From Eledone cirrhosa (taxonomy: Eukaryota): a DNA stretch of 64,000 nucleotides. The stretch spans positions 37,510,001-37,574,000 of the forward strand of contig OZ024743.1 in assembly GCA_964016885.1 (NCBI GenBank), given 5' to 3'. Position 1 is the first letter of the stretch. Each line of letters opens with the position of its first letter. The notes under the pieces were generated by a model, which did no database searches, was not told the origin of the DNA, and worked only from the letters and a program-made list of their open reading frames with translations. Shown here piece by piece: positions 1 through 13,917 of this stretch. The translations under genes were made by a program, and so were the position numbers.

Positions 1-349
1 AGACACGCTAGATGTGTCTAGGATACTAATTCATCACCCACTGATGAGCTTGGATTGGTATTTCTATTCACAATTAACTTTGCGATACAACAAGTTGTCT
101 GGGTGATTGGTAGTTACCACAATTCTGGTTTGTATTTATTTTCTTAATTTTTTCTTAAATTGAGAGAAGCGAACCCAACTGTCTATAATTAGTATTCTTT
201 TCACCTTAGCGAATCAGGTCCCTTACAATTTGAACACATATATGTATATGTCTGAGTTCGTTTTTCTTTTATATTCTATTATAATATATATATATATATA
301 TATATATTGTTATACTTTGGGAGGGTCATGTTGCAAATTCAGAAACGAA

Positions 350-380
<31 letters not shown>

Positions 381-399
381 TATATACATGTATATATGC

Positions 400-466
<67 letters not shown>

Positions 467-502
467 CAGTATGTATATATATAATATATACTCATATATA
501 TA

Positions 503-569
<67 letters not shown>

Positions 570-573
<4 letters not shown>

Positions 574-760
574 AAGACAGAGTGAGAGACAGGCTGAGAG
601 AGAGAGAGAAGGAAAAAGGAAATGATAGACAGAGTGAGAGAAAGGCTGAGAGAGAGAGAGAAGTAAGACAGAGTGAGAGACAGGCTGAGAGAGAGAGAAG
701 GAAAAAGGAAATGATAGACAGAGTGAGAGAAAGGCTGAGAGAGAGAGAGAGTGAGAGAGT
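570..760. repeat. GA-rich minisatellite (about 68-80 bp unit) following (TA)n/(GA)n tracts
   Basis: The unit agtaagacagagtgagagacaggctgagag...ggaaaaaggaaatgatagacag recurs at about 570 and about 661. Confidence 0.8.
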
Positions 761-1653
761 ATGACTGACAGAGAAAGACAAAAGCCTTCGAAAGTTCCAA
801 CAGTTTTCTTTCTAAAGTTTGATACTCAACCAAAACAAACTTCTCAGGCAAATAGAGTTTTAATAAATATACAATCCCGATCCAGTAGTTATTCCTTTGA
901 ATTCAAATTGATGACAACGTTTATCATTTCGCAAATAAGCTGATGGCATATTATTCATTATCCTAACATGCGTGTTGTAGACGGCAAATTGGCAGAGTTA
1001 TTAATGGCTGGCTCGGTATTTCTTCCTGTTCACTGCGCTATGTATTGTAACCCCAACGTGGCCAGTGGATTGGCAGAATTGTTAAAGAGTTGGGCGGGAT
1101 GCTTTTCGGTATGTTACCTAGCTCTGTGCGCTCGAACTCAAAACCGCATCTCATTTTTCCATGATTTTCCAACGGTAAATATTATCATCAATGGAAAACC
1201 AATGGACACATTGTCTTCTTGGTTCGATCTGACGTAGGATCCTTTCTTTTTCCTAAATATTTGTCCGAGATAATAGACTCAATAGCATAGTCAAACCTAT
1301 TTATGATAGGTGATCATTTCTATGAAGCTTTACTAAAAAAATACAATACTAATTCTCAGAAGTTAAAGCGGTTGTTTGTCAAAGCGATTAGAGTATCGGG
1401 CAGAAATATTTCCTGTTCCTTGAGGTTCATCAGGAGGGGCTTATTCGATTTCTGTGCATCGTTAACACCACATGATTCTCATACAACATTTCTTTAGCTG
1501 ACGAGGTAAGAAAAACGTGTACTTAAGAGTCTTGAACAAGCACATAAAGCAGTACCCTATCGGGGAATCCTTACAAACATAAGTATGTAAGACTAACACT
1601 CTAAATAGTAGATTAAGCGCGTAGCTGTTAGAATACAATGCATTATTACTTTA

Positions 1654-1750
1654 GTGCGGTGGATTGGCAGTATCGGTAGAGGGTCAGGCGCCATGCTTTG
1701 CAAGCAAAGAGCTACAGCCCTTTATTGTCTGAGTTCAAATAAGTACCAGT
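1654..1750 (+). mobile_element. Internally deleted copy of the tRNA-derived SINE
   Basis: Head gtggattggcagtatcggtagagggtc...ctgagttcaaat is shared with the other SINE copies. Confidence 0.75.
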
Positions 1751-1839
1751 ATATAAAACTATTCTATTCATCAGCTAAAGACGATGATCAGCCCCCCCCC
1801 CCAATATATTTTGACCCGACAAAAGTTAAAATGTCCATA

Positions 1840-2345
1840 TATACAAGGTTCTGTGGAATCCTTATTAAGGAAAATTTGAATTAGAAATTAAACATTTAAT
1901 CTATAGAATCCTAAAAATCGATAGAAATGGGAATAATCTCTAAGACGCGTAAGTTTCTGGACAATAAAGCAATGGAAATGTGTTTTCCCTTTGTTAATCC
2001 ATATTTACTATACGGTAACCCAGCTTCGGGTAGTGTCAGGAAGTCAAAATTAAGTAAACTTCATATTTGCAGTTAGGATTATATCCAAGTTTAATTATAT
2101 CCAAGTATCGGACTTTAATGCTTGATAATAAAATTCTAAACATTTATGAGATAAATTTGGCTGCTCACCTGAGACTAATTTTCAAAGATTATCACAAATC
2201 TACACCAAAATGTGTTCAAGAAAAATTTACAAAGAATGTTCACAAATATCTGACGAAGTATTCTAGGGCAACATTCATGTGTAATAGTTATGCAATAATA
2301 ACCTGTAATAAATCCAGCTACGCGTACGGTGGACCAATTGTCTGA
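1840..2345 (+). pseudogene. Decayed CR1/L2-group LINE ORF2 C-terminal fragment
   Basis: Translates with stops to ...GIISKTRKFLDNKAMEMCFPFVNPYLLYGNPASGS..KSKLSKL...ILNIYEINL...SSYAYGGPIV, which resembles L2/Crack C-termini. Confidence 0.6.
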
Positions 2346-2958
2346 AGTCATTTTGTGTGCAACGATGCAACTCTTCCAGACTCAAAAGATGTAAAACAGA
2401 ATATTAAAAATACCTATTTGCGGTTCAAATGTACCATGTTTCGTAACAGTAAAAAATATTTCTAAATTTGTAAACAAAATAAAAGATTACTTTGCATAAC
2501 ATGTTTCTTTTACAGGCCGCCATGAAAAGGATGATAGTTTTTTTTAGTATAATCCTTCTCGATGGCCTTACTTGCCTGATTAGCGCATTCTCAGTAATGA
2601 CCCACTTCTTTCCATTCCTAAGAAACTTATTCTCATCTTTCTAATTAGTGTATCATACTTTTTTTTCCTTTATGCAACTTTTTTATATTTAAATTTATAC
2701 ACGGCTAGTGAAATAATTCATATGAAAAAATCCGTCAGATTCTTACATATCTGTACAGAGAAAACATACTGCCTTTGCACACGTCAGTAAACAGAAGGAT
2801 ATTGTAATGTAGAGTACATTGAAATTTGAGGGGTTACTGAACGAGTTACAAAAGAACAGTTAAAGAAACTTAGTCTTCGATTCTTCTATATTACGGAATG
2901 TAGATAAAGAATGATAACAAATTAGATAGACATCATAAAAAGGCAATTTATTCCAGGT

Positions 2959-3075
2959 GTTTACACATGTTTCTTTAGTAGTTACACAGTCTAGTCATGC
3001 TATATGCAAATTAGTAGTTATTAACATGCAGATACTAAATTTTCAAAGCTGCTCGTACTACCAAATCGTCAGAAC
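2959..3075 (-). ncRNA. Type I hammerhead ribozyme, intact core, long stem II insert
   Basis: Minus strand reads gtt-CTGACGA-TTTGGTAGT...ACTACTAAA-GAAA-CATGTG-TA-aac: 9-bp stem II base, GUA cleavage triplet. Confidence 0.75.
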
Positions 3076-3434
3076 GAATGGTTGAATCATGCTTTCTTTA
3101 TATTTCTTAAAGGGAGTAATTGGGGAAGATAGAGTAGAAAAGGAAGAGAGAAGGAAAGGAAGAGGGAGAGATAGATATGTAAGGGTAGGAGAAATGGGAG
3201 ATAGAGGTTTGAAGAATACCGATAGCTAATCTAAATGCAATGACAGGGGTCCAGCAAGTAGCTTTATTATACTGCTTACTCTCAAAGAGACAACTTAGGC
3301 ATTGTGTTGATAGTATCAAGTTTGGAATTATTTATTGCCACAGAGGGCAGGTTAATAGATGTAGAGACGGAGGGAGAGAGACAGAGAGCGAGAGAGAGAG
3401 CGAGAGAGTGAAAGAGAGAGAAAGAAAGAGAGAG

Positions 3435-3505
<71 letters not shown>

Positions 3506-3744
3506 ACAGAAAAAAGTTAGGAGATGGGGACGGAAAGGCGAAACACATCGAGTTGATAGTTGTAGTTTGCTGGTCGTACTTATGTATACATTTATTACGA
3601 TAAGTAAGGTACTGGTTAGTAGTGGGGGGAGGGGGATATAGTTAGGAAGTAACTAATGGGTTAAATTAGTTAGCGAGAGAGTGGTGTTATAGTCACGGGT
3701 TCAAATTATACTAAGTTACTTTTATAGTGAGAACATTTAGCCTT

Positions 3745-4371
3745 CAGTTTGTGGTTGCAGTATAACGATCGTTCGATTCTGTCATTTAGTAAATTGCTTT
3801 TAGATTTAAAGATATAAAAACAGTTCAAGGTTGCATAATCTGCAGTATTTTAATCCACTCCGATATGCACTAGCGTTGGATAACTTACCCCATTTTAGGG
3901 TGAACTGCTGGTTGTTTTCGTGGAGTTGCCATGTCTTATTAGCGAGTGTAGTTACATAGCGGTGTTCAGGATGTTTAATCGAAAATCGATAACGAAACCA
4001 GCGTGATTTAAAGGAAGTAATAGCATTTATGGTCGTTTGATTCGACAGTGCACTGATAAACAATGTTGGACTCTAGACATTTATTCTTTAAAGGGCATCT
4101 CTCGGGTAGGTGGCAATTACAGTTTTTGTTATGGGTAACAACTGTACCATGGATAGGTTGGGTTAACAGTACAGGTGGGTTGTGTAATACCCGTTTCCCA
4201 TTTGGTGGTTGGGAATTTGATATTACGTTATGCCCATCAGTGTCTAAAATATTTTGTTTTGTAGTGTTGTTTAATAATCGCTTTAAGTTAAGTTTTTATG
4301 TGTGCTTCTAGGTTCGGTGCAGTGGAGTATGATAGCTTAATAGTCGTGGAGTTTAGAATTTTACTGTATTT
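3745..4371 (-). pseudogene. GIY-YIG endonuclease domain of a PLE (frameshifted)
   Basis: KILNSTTIKLSYS...NCNCHLPERCPLKNKCL..IVYQCTV...FKSRW...TTLANKTWQL...YCRLCNLEL...LLN; clearly homologous to 60250-60990. Confidence 0.85.
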
Positions 4372-4444
4372 TACTTCCTTTTCTACTCTATCTTCCCCAA
4401 TTACTCTCTTTAAGAAATATAAAGAAAGCATGATTCAACCATTC

Positions 4445-4562
4445 GTTATGATGATTTGTTAGTACAAGAAGCATTTGAAAATTGAGTATCTACAGGTTAA
4501 TAACTACTAATTTGCATATAGCATGACTAGGCTTTGTAACTACTAAAGAAACATGTGTAAAC
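4445..4562 (+). ncRNA. Hammerhead ribozyme copy in the inverted pseudo-LTR (core C3>A)
   Basis: gtt-ATGATGA-tttgttagt...actactaaa-GAAA-catgtg-TA-aac. Confidence 0.6.
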
Positions 4563-4612
4563 ACCTGGTATAAATTGCCTTTTCATGATGTCTATCTATT
4601 TTGTTAATCATT

Positions 4613-4721
<109 letters not shown>

Positions 4722-6481
4722 TGTGTATACATGTATCCATATGTACGTTTGTGCGTGTGTTTGATTTTGTGTGTTTTTCTTTGTTTGTCTTGATATAATT
4801 AATGTTGTGCGAATTCTTTTTCGTTCTTCGATAACATTACTTTTTAATGTAATCCACCATTTACCTCGTTTTCTTTCTTACAATCACGAGCAGCTGATTC
4901 ACATTTTCATGAAAAACAGAAGAAAGAAATCCACAACAACAAAGAAAACAACATATTCAGCAAATAGTGTTAAACAAAGAATTGCGGAAGTCGAAAGAAC
5001 ATTTCAGAAACATACTATTAAAACTTTTTAATAACAACTCTTCGTTTTAACTTATTCTTTTCTCGTTTATCAAAGCAAATAATGCCATTTATGGAAGGAA
5101 TGTTTGACCATAGAATTAAGCAAATACTACTTAATTTATTGTAAAATGAAAACTCTTACTAAATATTTCAGCATATGAGGCAAAATTGATTATCGTTATG
5201 AAAAAAGAAAAAAATGAAAGACATCAATGAATGTTTTTAGATTTAAATCATTGCTACTGCGCGCAGCTAGGTGGTTAAGAAGTATGTTTATCAATCATGA
5301 TGGCCTACATATTCCCTATAAGGGCAGGCGTATTTGAATGGTTGTGAGGTTCGTTTTTCAATCATGAGATGTGGCGTTCGCTATCAATGCGTGGAATCTT
5401 GGGTTAGTATTTTCAACAGTTTCCGCGGATCCAATGTCATTAAATAGTTTGGGTAGATCAAAGGCTACAGTAAAATCACATACCCTAGATGTCAGGTAGT
5501 AGGATCGAAGCCTAGGCGTCATGATTGCGAAGCGAACTTGTTAAACACTCAGTAATGTCTTCGTCCACATAGTTTTAATATACACTGAATATGTAGCTAT
5601 GAGTTATCTCTAAAGTGTTGTAAATAAACGGTGTGGTTATACCATCTTCTGTGGCAAATATTCACTATCACTAAGTATCCGCTACTCTCATCAGCCTGCG
5701 TATCATGGATCTCCAGCTCGGTCAATCTTTACTACCTTTATATATTCACTCTATTCGACTACTATCCAATTAACAATATTATTCACTCGCTCTGTTTTCC
5801 CATTCATTTTCTCTTCTATTAACAATCTTTTAAAACCCTTTCTGTCTAATTAAATGCCTAAAATAATTTAGTTGTCCCTCCTTGACGGTGTCTAATAAAA
5901 TTTCTTTAGCTTTTACCATATATTATACAGCATTAGAGTAAACCTCACCGCGAGAAAGATAAACAAGAAAAAAGATTAAGTGATAGCAGTTAGGGAAATG
6001 TCAGAATAAACCATTAGAGACATTGCTGAATATACCAGGTAAGAAATACAAACAACAAAAACAAAATATTATAAATAGGAAAAAACAAAAACAAATAATT
6101 TATTTTGTATCATATATTTCGTAAAAGAAACCTTTTATGGAAAAGACATGGGAATTCAAAGATACTGATATATAGATAAAAACAGAATGGATACGAGATA
6201 TAAAATACACATTGTTCGCCATATTAAAAAGAGCTGTAAGGGCAAGCAAAAAAAAAAGAAAATAGATCTCAATAGAAGTAACCTGCCAACATAATTCATA
6301 ACGAAAGAGTAGCATAAATATATTTCAGATAATTCATATTTATGTTAGTGCTTTTTTTTATCTCTACGAAGTAATGAAATTATTAAAATACAGACAATCA
6401 AACGTAAATATTATTTTCTCGTCCGACATACGAACATACGGCATATACACAAACACACACATAAACACTTATATGGAAATG

Positions 6482-6526
<45 letters not shown>

Positions 6527-6589
6527 TTATATATCTATCTATCTATATATATTACTATCTATCTGTCTGTCTGTCTGTCTAACTATCAA

Positions 6590-7110
6590 CAGATGGGTTC
6601 GCAACAGGGTTTGATATGGTCTAGGTCAGAGATCCAGTTGAACGCAGAAATCATCATCAACCAAGCGCATTACCGCACCTTTCTTCTATATGGTTGCAAG
6701 ATATGGTCAATAGGAGCGGGAGTACCTACCAAACTGAGAGTTTTAGGCGAGTTTTTCTTTCGAAGAATCTTCCATGTTCGAGGATTGGGTTTTTCTCTGA
6801 AACGGCGAAATTCTTAGGCACTATAGAATTGATACTCCTACCTCAAAGAACACCTACTCAAAATGTACATCCATTGGATTCGCTATCCCCCCCCCCCCCA
6901 AAAAAAAACAGCAACAACAAAAAAAACAAAATAAAAAAGAACAAACACAAAGTGATCTCATCCCTGATGCAGTCACATAGGAGCCCATTCTCCCTGGGTT
7001 AGCTTAAACGACGATGCGAAGAGTTGTAACCTTGGATAACCACGATCAAGTCGGAACTTGAGTTAGTAGTTGTTCATCGCATATATGGTATCCACCCTTG
7101 GGGTTGTGAC
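6590..7110 (+). pseudogene. Decayed RTE-like LINE 3' fragment
   Basis: IWSRSEIQLNAEIIINQAHYRTFLLYGCKIWSI...LRVL..FFRRI resembles the RTE 'LLYGCETW' region. Confidence 0.55.
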
Positions 7111-7674
7111 TGACAGACATCTGTGACAGTCGTGCATGGCAGCCTCTATTCACGATTCTGTGAACACACCGTTTGGAGCTGGCACAACTCATTCATGGTG
7201 AACCCCCCAATACAAGTATATGTTGTATAAGTAAACAATTATCAGATTCATAAGAAAGTTGAATAGAACGCGTGTCAATATTTGTCCTGAATCTCGGCAC
7301 TCAGAGGTCAAATCCAGCTGACGTCCACTTTGTCTTTCATCCTTTTAGTAGTTGTTTCTGTCCAGAACAGGATAGACTGTATTCTGTTGGGTCAAAGATG
7401 AGGAGGGTGTCTGTTACTGCCCGCGACTACATAGGCACTTTAAGGCCGTTGGTGAATGCACAGTACACATCACCAAGTCATCTTTGATGGGAATTAACGA
7501 CCTTAGTTTACCCACACACACACACGCACACACACGCACACACACGCACACACACACACACGCACACGCACACACGCACACACACAGTCACACACACGCA
7601 CTCTCTCTCTATCACACACACACATACACACACACACTCTCTCTCTCTCTTACACACGCAGACACACACACATA

Positions 7675-8557
7675 TCTATATATATATAAAACTGAGTATG
7701 TCTGTCTGTGTGTGTGTGAGTTTGAATCCCTAAAACTAGAGAAGCACCCAACCGACTGTTTTCAAACTTTACACATGTAATAAGTATGTTTCAGGGAGTG
7801 TTCTGAGCAAAAACATTTTCAAATGTTCAATGCCCTAGGGACCGCATTAGGCGATTTAGCGATTTCTCTCTATAATTCTTAGTCTTTCTCTTTTTAGATA
7901 GATACATACATATAACGTCGCGCCCTTATAATATCTGTCTGCATCTCTGGCTGTCTGCCTGTGTGTGCGTGTGTGTGTGACTGTGAGTTTGAATCCCTAA
8001 AACTCAAGAAGTACCCAACCGACTTTTTTCAAACTTTATATGTGTATTACTTATGTTTCAGGGAGTGTTGTGCACATACAAAATTTAACTTTTTAATCTC
8101 CTAGCGCCGGCATTAGGTGAAAAACTGCGTTTTTAAGCTTTTTAGGGGATTTTTGAGGCGTTACGTCAGACCAATTTCCTTGAAATTGTAACTATGTATC
8201 AGTCAGTCTCTTCTTCATACCGTGAGCAAAGAAAATCCAACTTTTCTATGGCCTAGGCCCGCATTAGGTGAAAAACTTCATTTTTTCATCTTTTTATGGT
8301 TTTGGGAGGCGTTACGTCTAGCCGATTTTTCCCGAAATTTCATGCACATAAACAAATTTATTTTCTAGATCCCTTAGGTGAAAACCTGCATCTTTCCTGC
8401 TTCATCGAGGAAAATCTTAAAGATTATCCAGCCATCAGAGTATTCGGTTTATTTTCTTTACATATTGTCCAGGCATGCAGTTTTTCCACAATTAGGTCTG
8501 TTGGCGGCCCGCGTTCCAAAATACATTATCTCGTACAACGCTGGGTACCACTGCTAG
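7675..8557 (+). mobile_element. Non-autonomous Helitron-like element
   Basis: Starts A|TCTATATATATAAAAC and ends caacgctgggtaccactgCTAG|T, matching an AT target with TC...CTAG termini. Contains an internal imperfect tandem duplication (7690-7850 vs 7945-8120). Confidence 0.65.
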
Positions 8558-8596
8558 TATATATATATATTTATATATATGAGTGCGTGGATATAT

Positions 8597-8720
8597 GTTT
8601 CTGAAGGGAAGGGCGATTGAACGGGGTCGAGACTAGAAATAAGTAGTAACTTAACCACTACCTTGCTAGTCGATACATCGATATCGATCGACCTATCAAC
8701 CGTCTGAAACGATCGTAAAC
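8597..8720 (+). ncRNA. Degenerate hammerhead ribozyme with long stem II
   Basis: gttt-CTGAAGGGAA-gggcgattga..ggtcga.gactag...ctagtc..tcgacc..tcaaccgtct-GAAA-CGATCG-TA-aac. Nested stem pairing is clear; the 5' core has extra bases. Confidence 0.5.
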
Positions 8721-8853
8721 CAATGAACTCGCTCTCTACCTAAACCTGACTTCTGTTTTTATTGTTCTATTGCATAGGCACAAACACACACACACACACG
8801 CATATGCACACGCACATGCACACGCACACGCACACGCACACACGCGCACACGC

Positions 8854-8920
<67 letters not shown>

Positions 8921-9499
8921 ATATATATATATATATACATGCATGGGTGTCTGTATGTATGTAACATATTTTGTGATTCGCTTCGTTTATTCAGCAGAGC
9001 CTGTGATATATTATTCAGTTTTTCCCTCATTCTTTGTGGAAGTGAACTTTAAAATTCATCGGAGTTTTAGTGGTACATTTGACTAAATTAAGGCGGTGAA
9101 TTGTCAGAATTGTTAGATCATCGGTTTGAATGCCTTGTGGTGTTTGTTCCGACTCTCTACTGTTTCAGTTCAAATAATATCGATATCACCACCGACTTTC
9201 ATTCCTGTGACGTGAAGTCACGGGGATTGATTGAGGTGCTGCTAATCTCTTTTCTTTGAAAAAACTGATATTCTACTTGATATATCTAAGGCCGAACAAC
9301 AATTTGCCGTACACCACAGAACTGAAATAGAAAAAAACGCGATGAAACAAAATTATATTTTATTTATAATTATACGATGAGGGATTTTTCTTTCATAAAC
9401 AGCGGGATATTAGGGATTAATGAGAGAATTGGCAGCACTATCTAGCTTGGCAAATGATTACGTAGAAGCCTCTTTGTGGCTCATTATCATAGTAAATAG

Positions 9500-9686
9500 G
9501 GCAGTGAATTGGTAGTCTCTGTAGAGGGTCAGACATGCTTTCCAGCATAGTTACGCCCCTTTACGGTCTGAGTTCAAATCCCGCCAAGGTTATCTTTGCC
9601 TTTCATCCTTACGGGGTCGATAAAAATAAAGTACCAGTAATGTACTGGTTAATTGCTAGCCTTGTGCCAAAAGTAGAAACAATTAT
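9500..9686 (+). mobile_element. tRNA-derived SINE copy
   Basis: B-box-like gagttcaaatcc plus core gccaaggttatctttgcctttcatccttacggggtcgataaa and tail ccttgtgccaaaagtagaaacaatt. Confidence 0.85.
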
Positions 9687-9729
9687 CATAGTAAATAAAA
9701 TAAAGGTTGTTTGGCATAACCGTTAGATA

Positions 9730-10185
9730 GTCGCACAAAAGCCACGAAGACCTGGAAAACCTCTCACTATACGCTTCAAATCACGCAAACCATTCTGACA
9801 ATCAATGAAGACCCTTCAAGACGAGTGGCTAAGATCATAGAATGAATGCAATGTTGCCAACAAAGACCTCGTCCAGGACAGCACACCTAAACCAGCTGAC
9901 TTAGACCTTCCTAGAAAGCCATGCGTTTCCCTTAACCGGATCCACACAACACATGCCAAGATAGCAAATCATCTCCATCGATAGAAAAGGAACGACAGCC
10001 CAGAATATAACTGTGGGGACACTGACTAGGCAGTGCTGCATGTTATTCTGCATTGCCCCCCCCCCCCCCCCCCCGACGTTTTCCTAGAGACCTGGAGGCA
10101 ACCCATAATACAACAAATGACACCTGAGTCTGGCTTACCAATCTCGATCTGTTTATCTAATTATTGTGCATATCTTATACGACAT
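9730..10185 (+). pseudogene. Non-LTR retrotransposon 3' end with decayed CCHC knuckle
   Basis: SRKPF...LDLPRKPCVSLNRIHTTHAKIANHLHR*KRNDSPEYNCGD...LHVILHCP; clade uncertain. Confidence 0.55.
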
Positions 10186-10199
10186 GAAGAAGCGTTAAG

Positions 10200-10580
10200 T
10201 CTCTTTACGTTCTGAGTTTAAATATTGCCGAGGTTATATTTATTTTTCATCAGTCTGGTGTTGATAAAATAAAGTACCACTCAACTACTGCGGTCAATAT
10301 AATATTTTCCTTTTCTTAATAAAATTCTGGTGTTGGGCCTAATTTTGAAACCGTTATATAAAAATGCATTAAAATAAATTCAGTTTTATATGGGTGAATT
10401 GGCAACATCAGTAGAGCGTCAGACACCATGCTTTACAGCATAGAGTTATGGCCCTTTACGTTCTGAGTTCAAATCCCGCCGAGGTTAACTTTGCCTTTCA
10501 TCCTCACGTGGTCGCTAAAATAACGTACCAGTAATCTACTGGGATAATTGCTGGCCTTGTGCCAACAGGTGAAACAATTA
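10200..10580 (+). mobile_element. Two adjacent SINE copies (10200-10335 partial, 10392-10580)
   Basis: Same core ttctgagttcaaatcccgccgaggttaactttgcctttcatcc. Confidence 0.8.
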
Positions 10581-11865
10581 TATATTAACCCAGAAAACAA
10601 TATTGATTTTGAGGTTAGGTACAGAATATGGAAGACGGAATTCATTGCATAACTCAAGTAATTAACATTGATACATTGTGCAAATTCAGTAAATAAATCC
10701 TGGACGGTTTAAACGGCGAACGTTCTACTTGTTCGATCAACGGAACAGCCTCCTTGTTCAATTAATGTGCATGTGGTTGAGTATTCTTCAAATTAGAAGC
10801 CATTATTAAAGGAAGTAATACGTAGTTTGACAACATCTGAGGAGTGAATAAATTCAAAATTTGAAATGGAAAATTTATATGTATTTATTTTTTGTATTTA
10901 TGTCTTCAACAGAAGCAAATAATGGTTTTAGTTTCTGTTATAAAGCCTTGTCCAGTAATGTGGCTTTCTACACACGAAGTCTGTTATTAAATTAATAACG
11001 AGAAGACAATTCCTCGTTCATGTTCTGCATTTACAATACCTGCGTAATGGGATTCATTACAAGGAAACTTCCGTAATATGTTATCATATAATGTAAATAA
11101 CATCTTTTATATCAACTTAAAATCAAATTCAAAATACAACATTTTGCACCAAAGATCTACGCCTGCCGAGATAATTACATGTTCGGTCTAAAATTCTTCA
11201 GAATAGCAGATTTACACCAATAATGTGCACATACACGAATCAAAATATTTTGTTCATTGTTTAGTTGTTTTTGGTTGTTTTCTTTGTTGCTTTTAATATG
11301 AAATTTCTATGCGAATGCATCGATCATTGTAGAGTAGGATGTTCTATTGTTATCATCTTCGATAATCTGATTTCAAAATTTGATTACTTCATTTATTTCG
11401 ACGATACATTAATTAAAGAAACTTAGTGTAAGTTCACCTGTCTTCCTATGAGCCATGGCACAAGCGTTAGCGTCCCGAAACCTTCCTGTTCTTTCAATAT
11501 TTTCAAGTATTTTCTATATTTTTTCTTCTATCACAAACAACAGTAACTGATTCTTAAACCCTTTGCTGTTTACATATTTTGAGAAATCATAGAAAGATTT
11601 GGACAGACACGAAATAATATAATCATAATAATGAGTTCTAATTCAGACATAATACCAGCAATATGTGAGAAGGGGAAGTCGCCTACATAGATCCCAGTCA
11701 ATGGTTGATACTTCATTTTGTCGACCACTAATAGGCAATATTTTCTATTAATTTGTAAACATTGCTACAATATATTGCTACTGCGATATGAAATTATGTA
11801 CTGGCCATCATTATCCCTCTCCGGTTCGAGGTTTTATTTCTTTTTGCTTCGTCTCATGCATTTAC

Positions 11866-11898
<33 letters not shown>

Positions 11899-11904
<6 letters not shown>

Positions 11905-12453
11905 GTAATCTGAGTTTTTCGAATATTAATAATAACATTCGATTCGTTTGCAATTATGCAAACGGGCCTCAGTGTTATAGCCATGTCAGTAGAATGAACC
12001 CTTCATTCTTACTCTTGTGTTGGCATGTGAATAGAACTGCATTTATTGTATTCAGCCATGTGGAGCGAAAATTTTCCTTTTTATTTGAATTTGGCAAAGC
12101 CGACCATTTATCGCTCGTACACAGGAAACTGACTGGCCAGTCTGCTGATATGCAAATCAGGCCGATCAGTTACTGTGTATTTTTGAAAATACCATATATT
12201 TTCACTAGCTCTGACAGTTTGGCAGGTGAACAGTGAGCTGTACTAATGAAAGGTAATACACAGGAAACATTAGTGTCTGCAGTTCTGTTGACATGCCAAC
12301 GCAAGAGCAAGAATGAAGGGTTCATTCTACTGACATGGCTATAACATTGAGGCTTGTTTGTATAATTGCAAACGAATGCAATGTTATTATAAATATTCGA
12401 AAAACTCAGATTACATTTATTGTATTCAGCCATGTAGAGCAAAGATTTTCTTT

Positions 12454-12460
<7 letters not shown>
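11899..12460. repeat. Fold-back element between (TA)n tracts: about 143-bp inverted arms plus a directly repeated tail
   Basis: 11899-12041 is the reverse complement of 12278-12420. The tail tttattgtattcagccatgt.gagc.aa.attttc occurs at about 12042 and 12417. Confidence 0.85.
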
Positions 12461-12486
<26 letters not shown>

Positions 12487-12552
12487 GATTTCTCTCATTG
12501 TTTAGTTGTTTTGAGCTGTTTATATATACATATGATATATATATATATATAT

Positions 12553-12670
12553 AATGGAAAAATTTGAACAGGGACAAAACAGAGAGGCAGTACAATAAAT
12601 GTTTATTAATTTCACGCTCAGGAGAGTGGGGGGTAGGTGGGGGACGACGTTTCGGGCATAAGCCCTTCCT
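12553..12670 (-). mobile_element. PLE pseudo-LTR 3' fragment with 5'-truncated hammerhead
   Basis: Minus strand reads (TA)n-aggaa-GGGC-ttat-GCCC-GAAA-CGTC-...aataaacattt...-(TA)n. Confidence 0.6.
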
Positions 12671-12829
12671 ATATAAATATATATAACGCTACTAACTCCA
12701 CCAGCACTGCTGCCGTCACCAACACCCCCTACTCTACAACCACTCACAACAACCATAACAAAAAATATCACCACAATAACAAGCATGCACACCATCAGAA
12801 ACAGGGACTCGTAGATACATGTTCTCACA

Positions 12830-13015
12830 GTTATACTTACCAGTGGAGACTTCTTGTGTCCTTGCCCTTAGGACCACCACCCTACTTACTCACCAACATC
12901 AGCATGGAGTTGGCTAACCGCAGGTGTGAGCTACATGAGCTGAAATGGCTCTTTCTACGCGTCTCCCTCAATACCCTTCGAGGAAATGCCTTCTCTATTC
13001 TGTTCGCCGGCACCA
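12830..13015 (+). pseudogene. CRE-clade LINE C-terminal (restriction-like endonuclease) remnant
   Basis: ELANRRCELHELKWLFLRVSLNTLRGNAFSIL resembles the CRE terminal motif WL.QR.S....RGNA..I. Confidence 0.6.
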
Positions 13016-13791
13016 CGGGGTGGCCAGCGCGTGGGCTCCCATTTGCATATAATAGTGAGAGATGGCGACAGCGAAAGAGTCAGAGGCAGTGAGTGAAAGG
13101 CAGAGAACATCAATGCACACACGCAGTTCAGAAAACAACGATAGATCTTATTTTCAGATGGAGATTCTGATCACTCATATAGTATCTAGTTATGTCCCTT
13201 ACATTTTAAGTTCAATTTTCGCTTGGTGTACCAATAATTTTCGCCTTGATGATGTCTGAAATACTTATGACGTTTTGGCAGTTTGAAGTCAAAGGGTGGT
13301 TACTATCTTCCACCCAAGCCTGTTATATTACTTTGTAAAAAAAACTAGAAGCAAAATATGAAATAGAAAAGTTTAAATAGTATTCAAAACTGCAGCAAAG
13401 CAATGGTGAATATAGGCCAGAACAGGAGTCTCAAGTCTTGAGCTAAACTTGATCATGATATCGTCATACATAAACTATAATAGTTATATGGTGCCTTTCA
13501 GCTATGATCTTTGTGTCCCTGGTGCCCATTCCATTCCTCTTTCAGTCACTCAATCTGTTATTCTTATATTTCTTATAATCTCACTCCACTTCCCTCTTAA
13601 CAAAACAAAATTCTCTTGGTCAAATCAACTGGAAAGATGGAGAAACAATCAGCTAATTGTAGGGAATATATGTATGTAAGGAATATATGTGTGTATATAT
13701 GTATGAAAGTATGTATGAAATAAGTATGGATATATGGATGTATTCATATATATGTACATAGGAATGTAGATATGTATGAATGTATATGTAT

Positions 13792-13917
<126 letters not shown>

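Noticed and set aside
36-225. CTGATGA-GCTT...AAGC-GAAC hammerhead-like motif
   Set aside because: GAAA is altered and I could not pair stem I. It may be a decayed HHR but cannot be supported.
1490-1512. tttagCTGACGAG|GTAAGA as a micro-exon/splice donor or HHR core
   Set aside because: It lies within a decayed interspersed repeat related to 54720-55105, with no supporting exon chain or HHR stems.
13203-13257. Possible minus-strand exon (tttcag...|gtaagg)
   Set aside because: Short, with a weak polypyrimidine tract, no recognisable peptide and no partner exons; needs RNA-seq.
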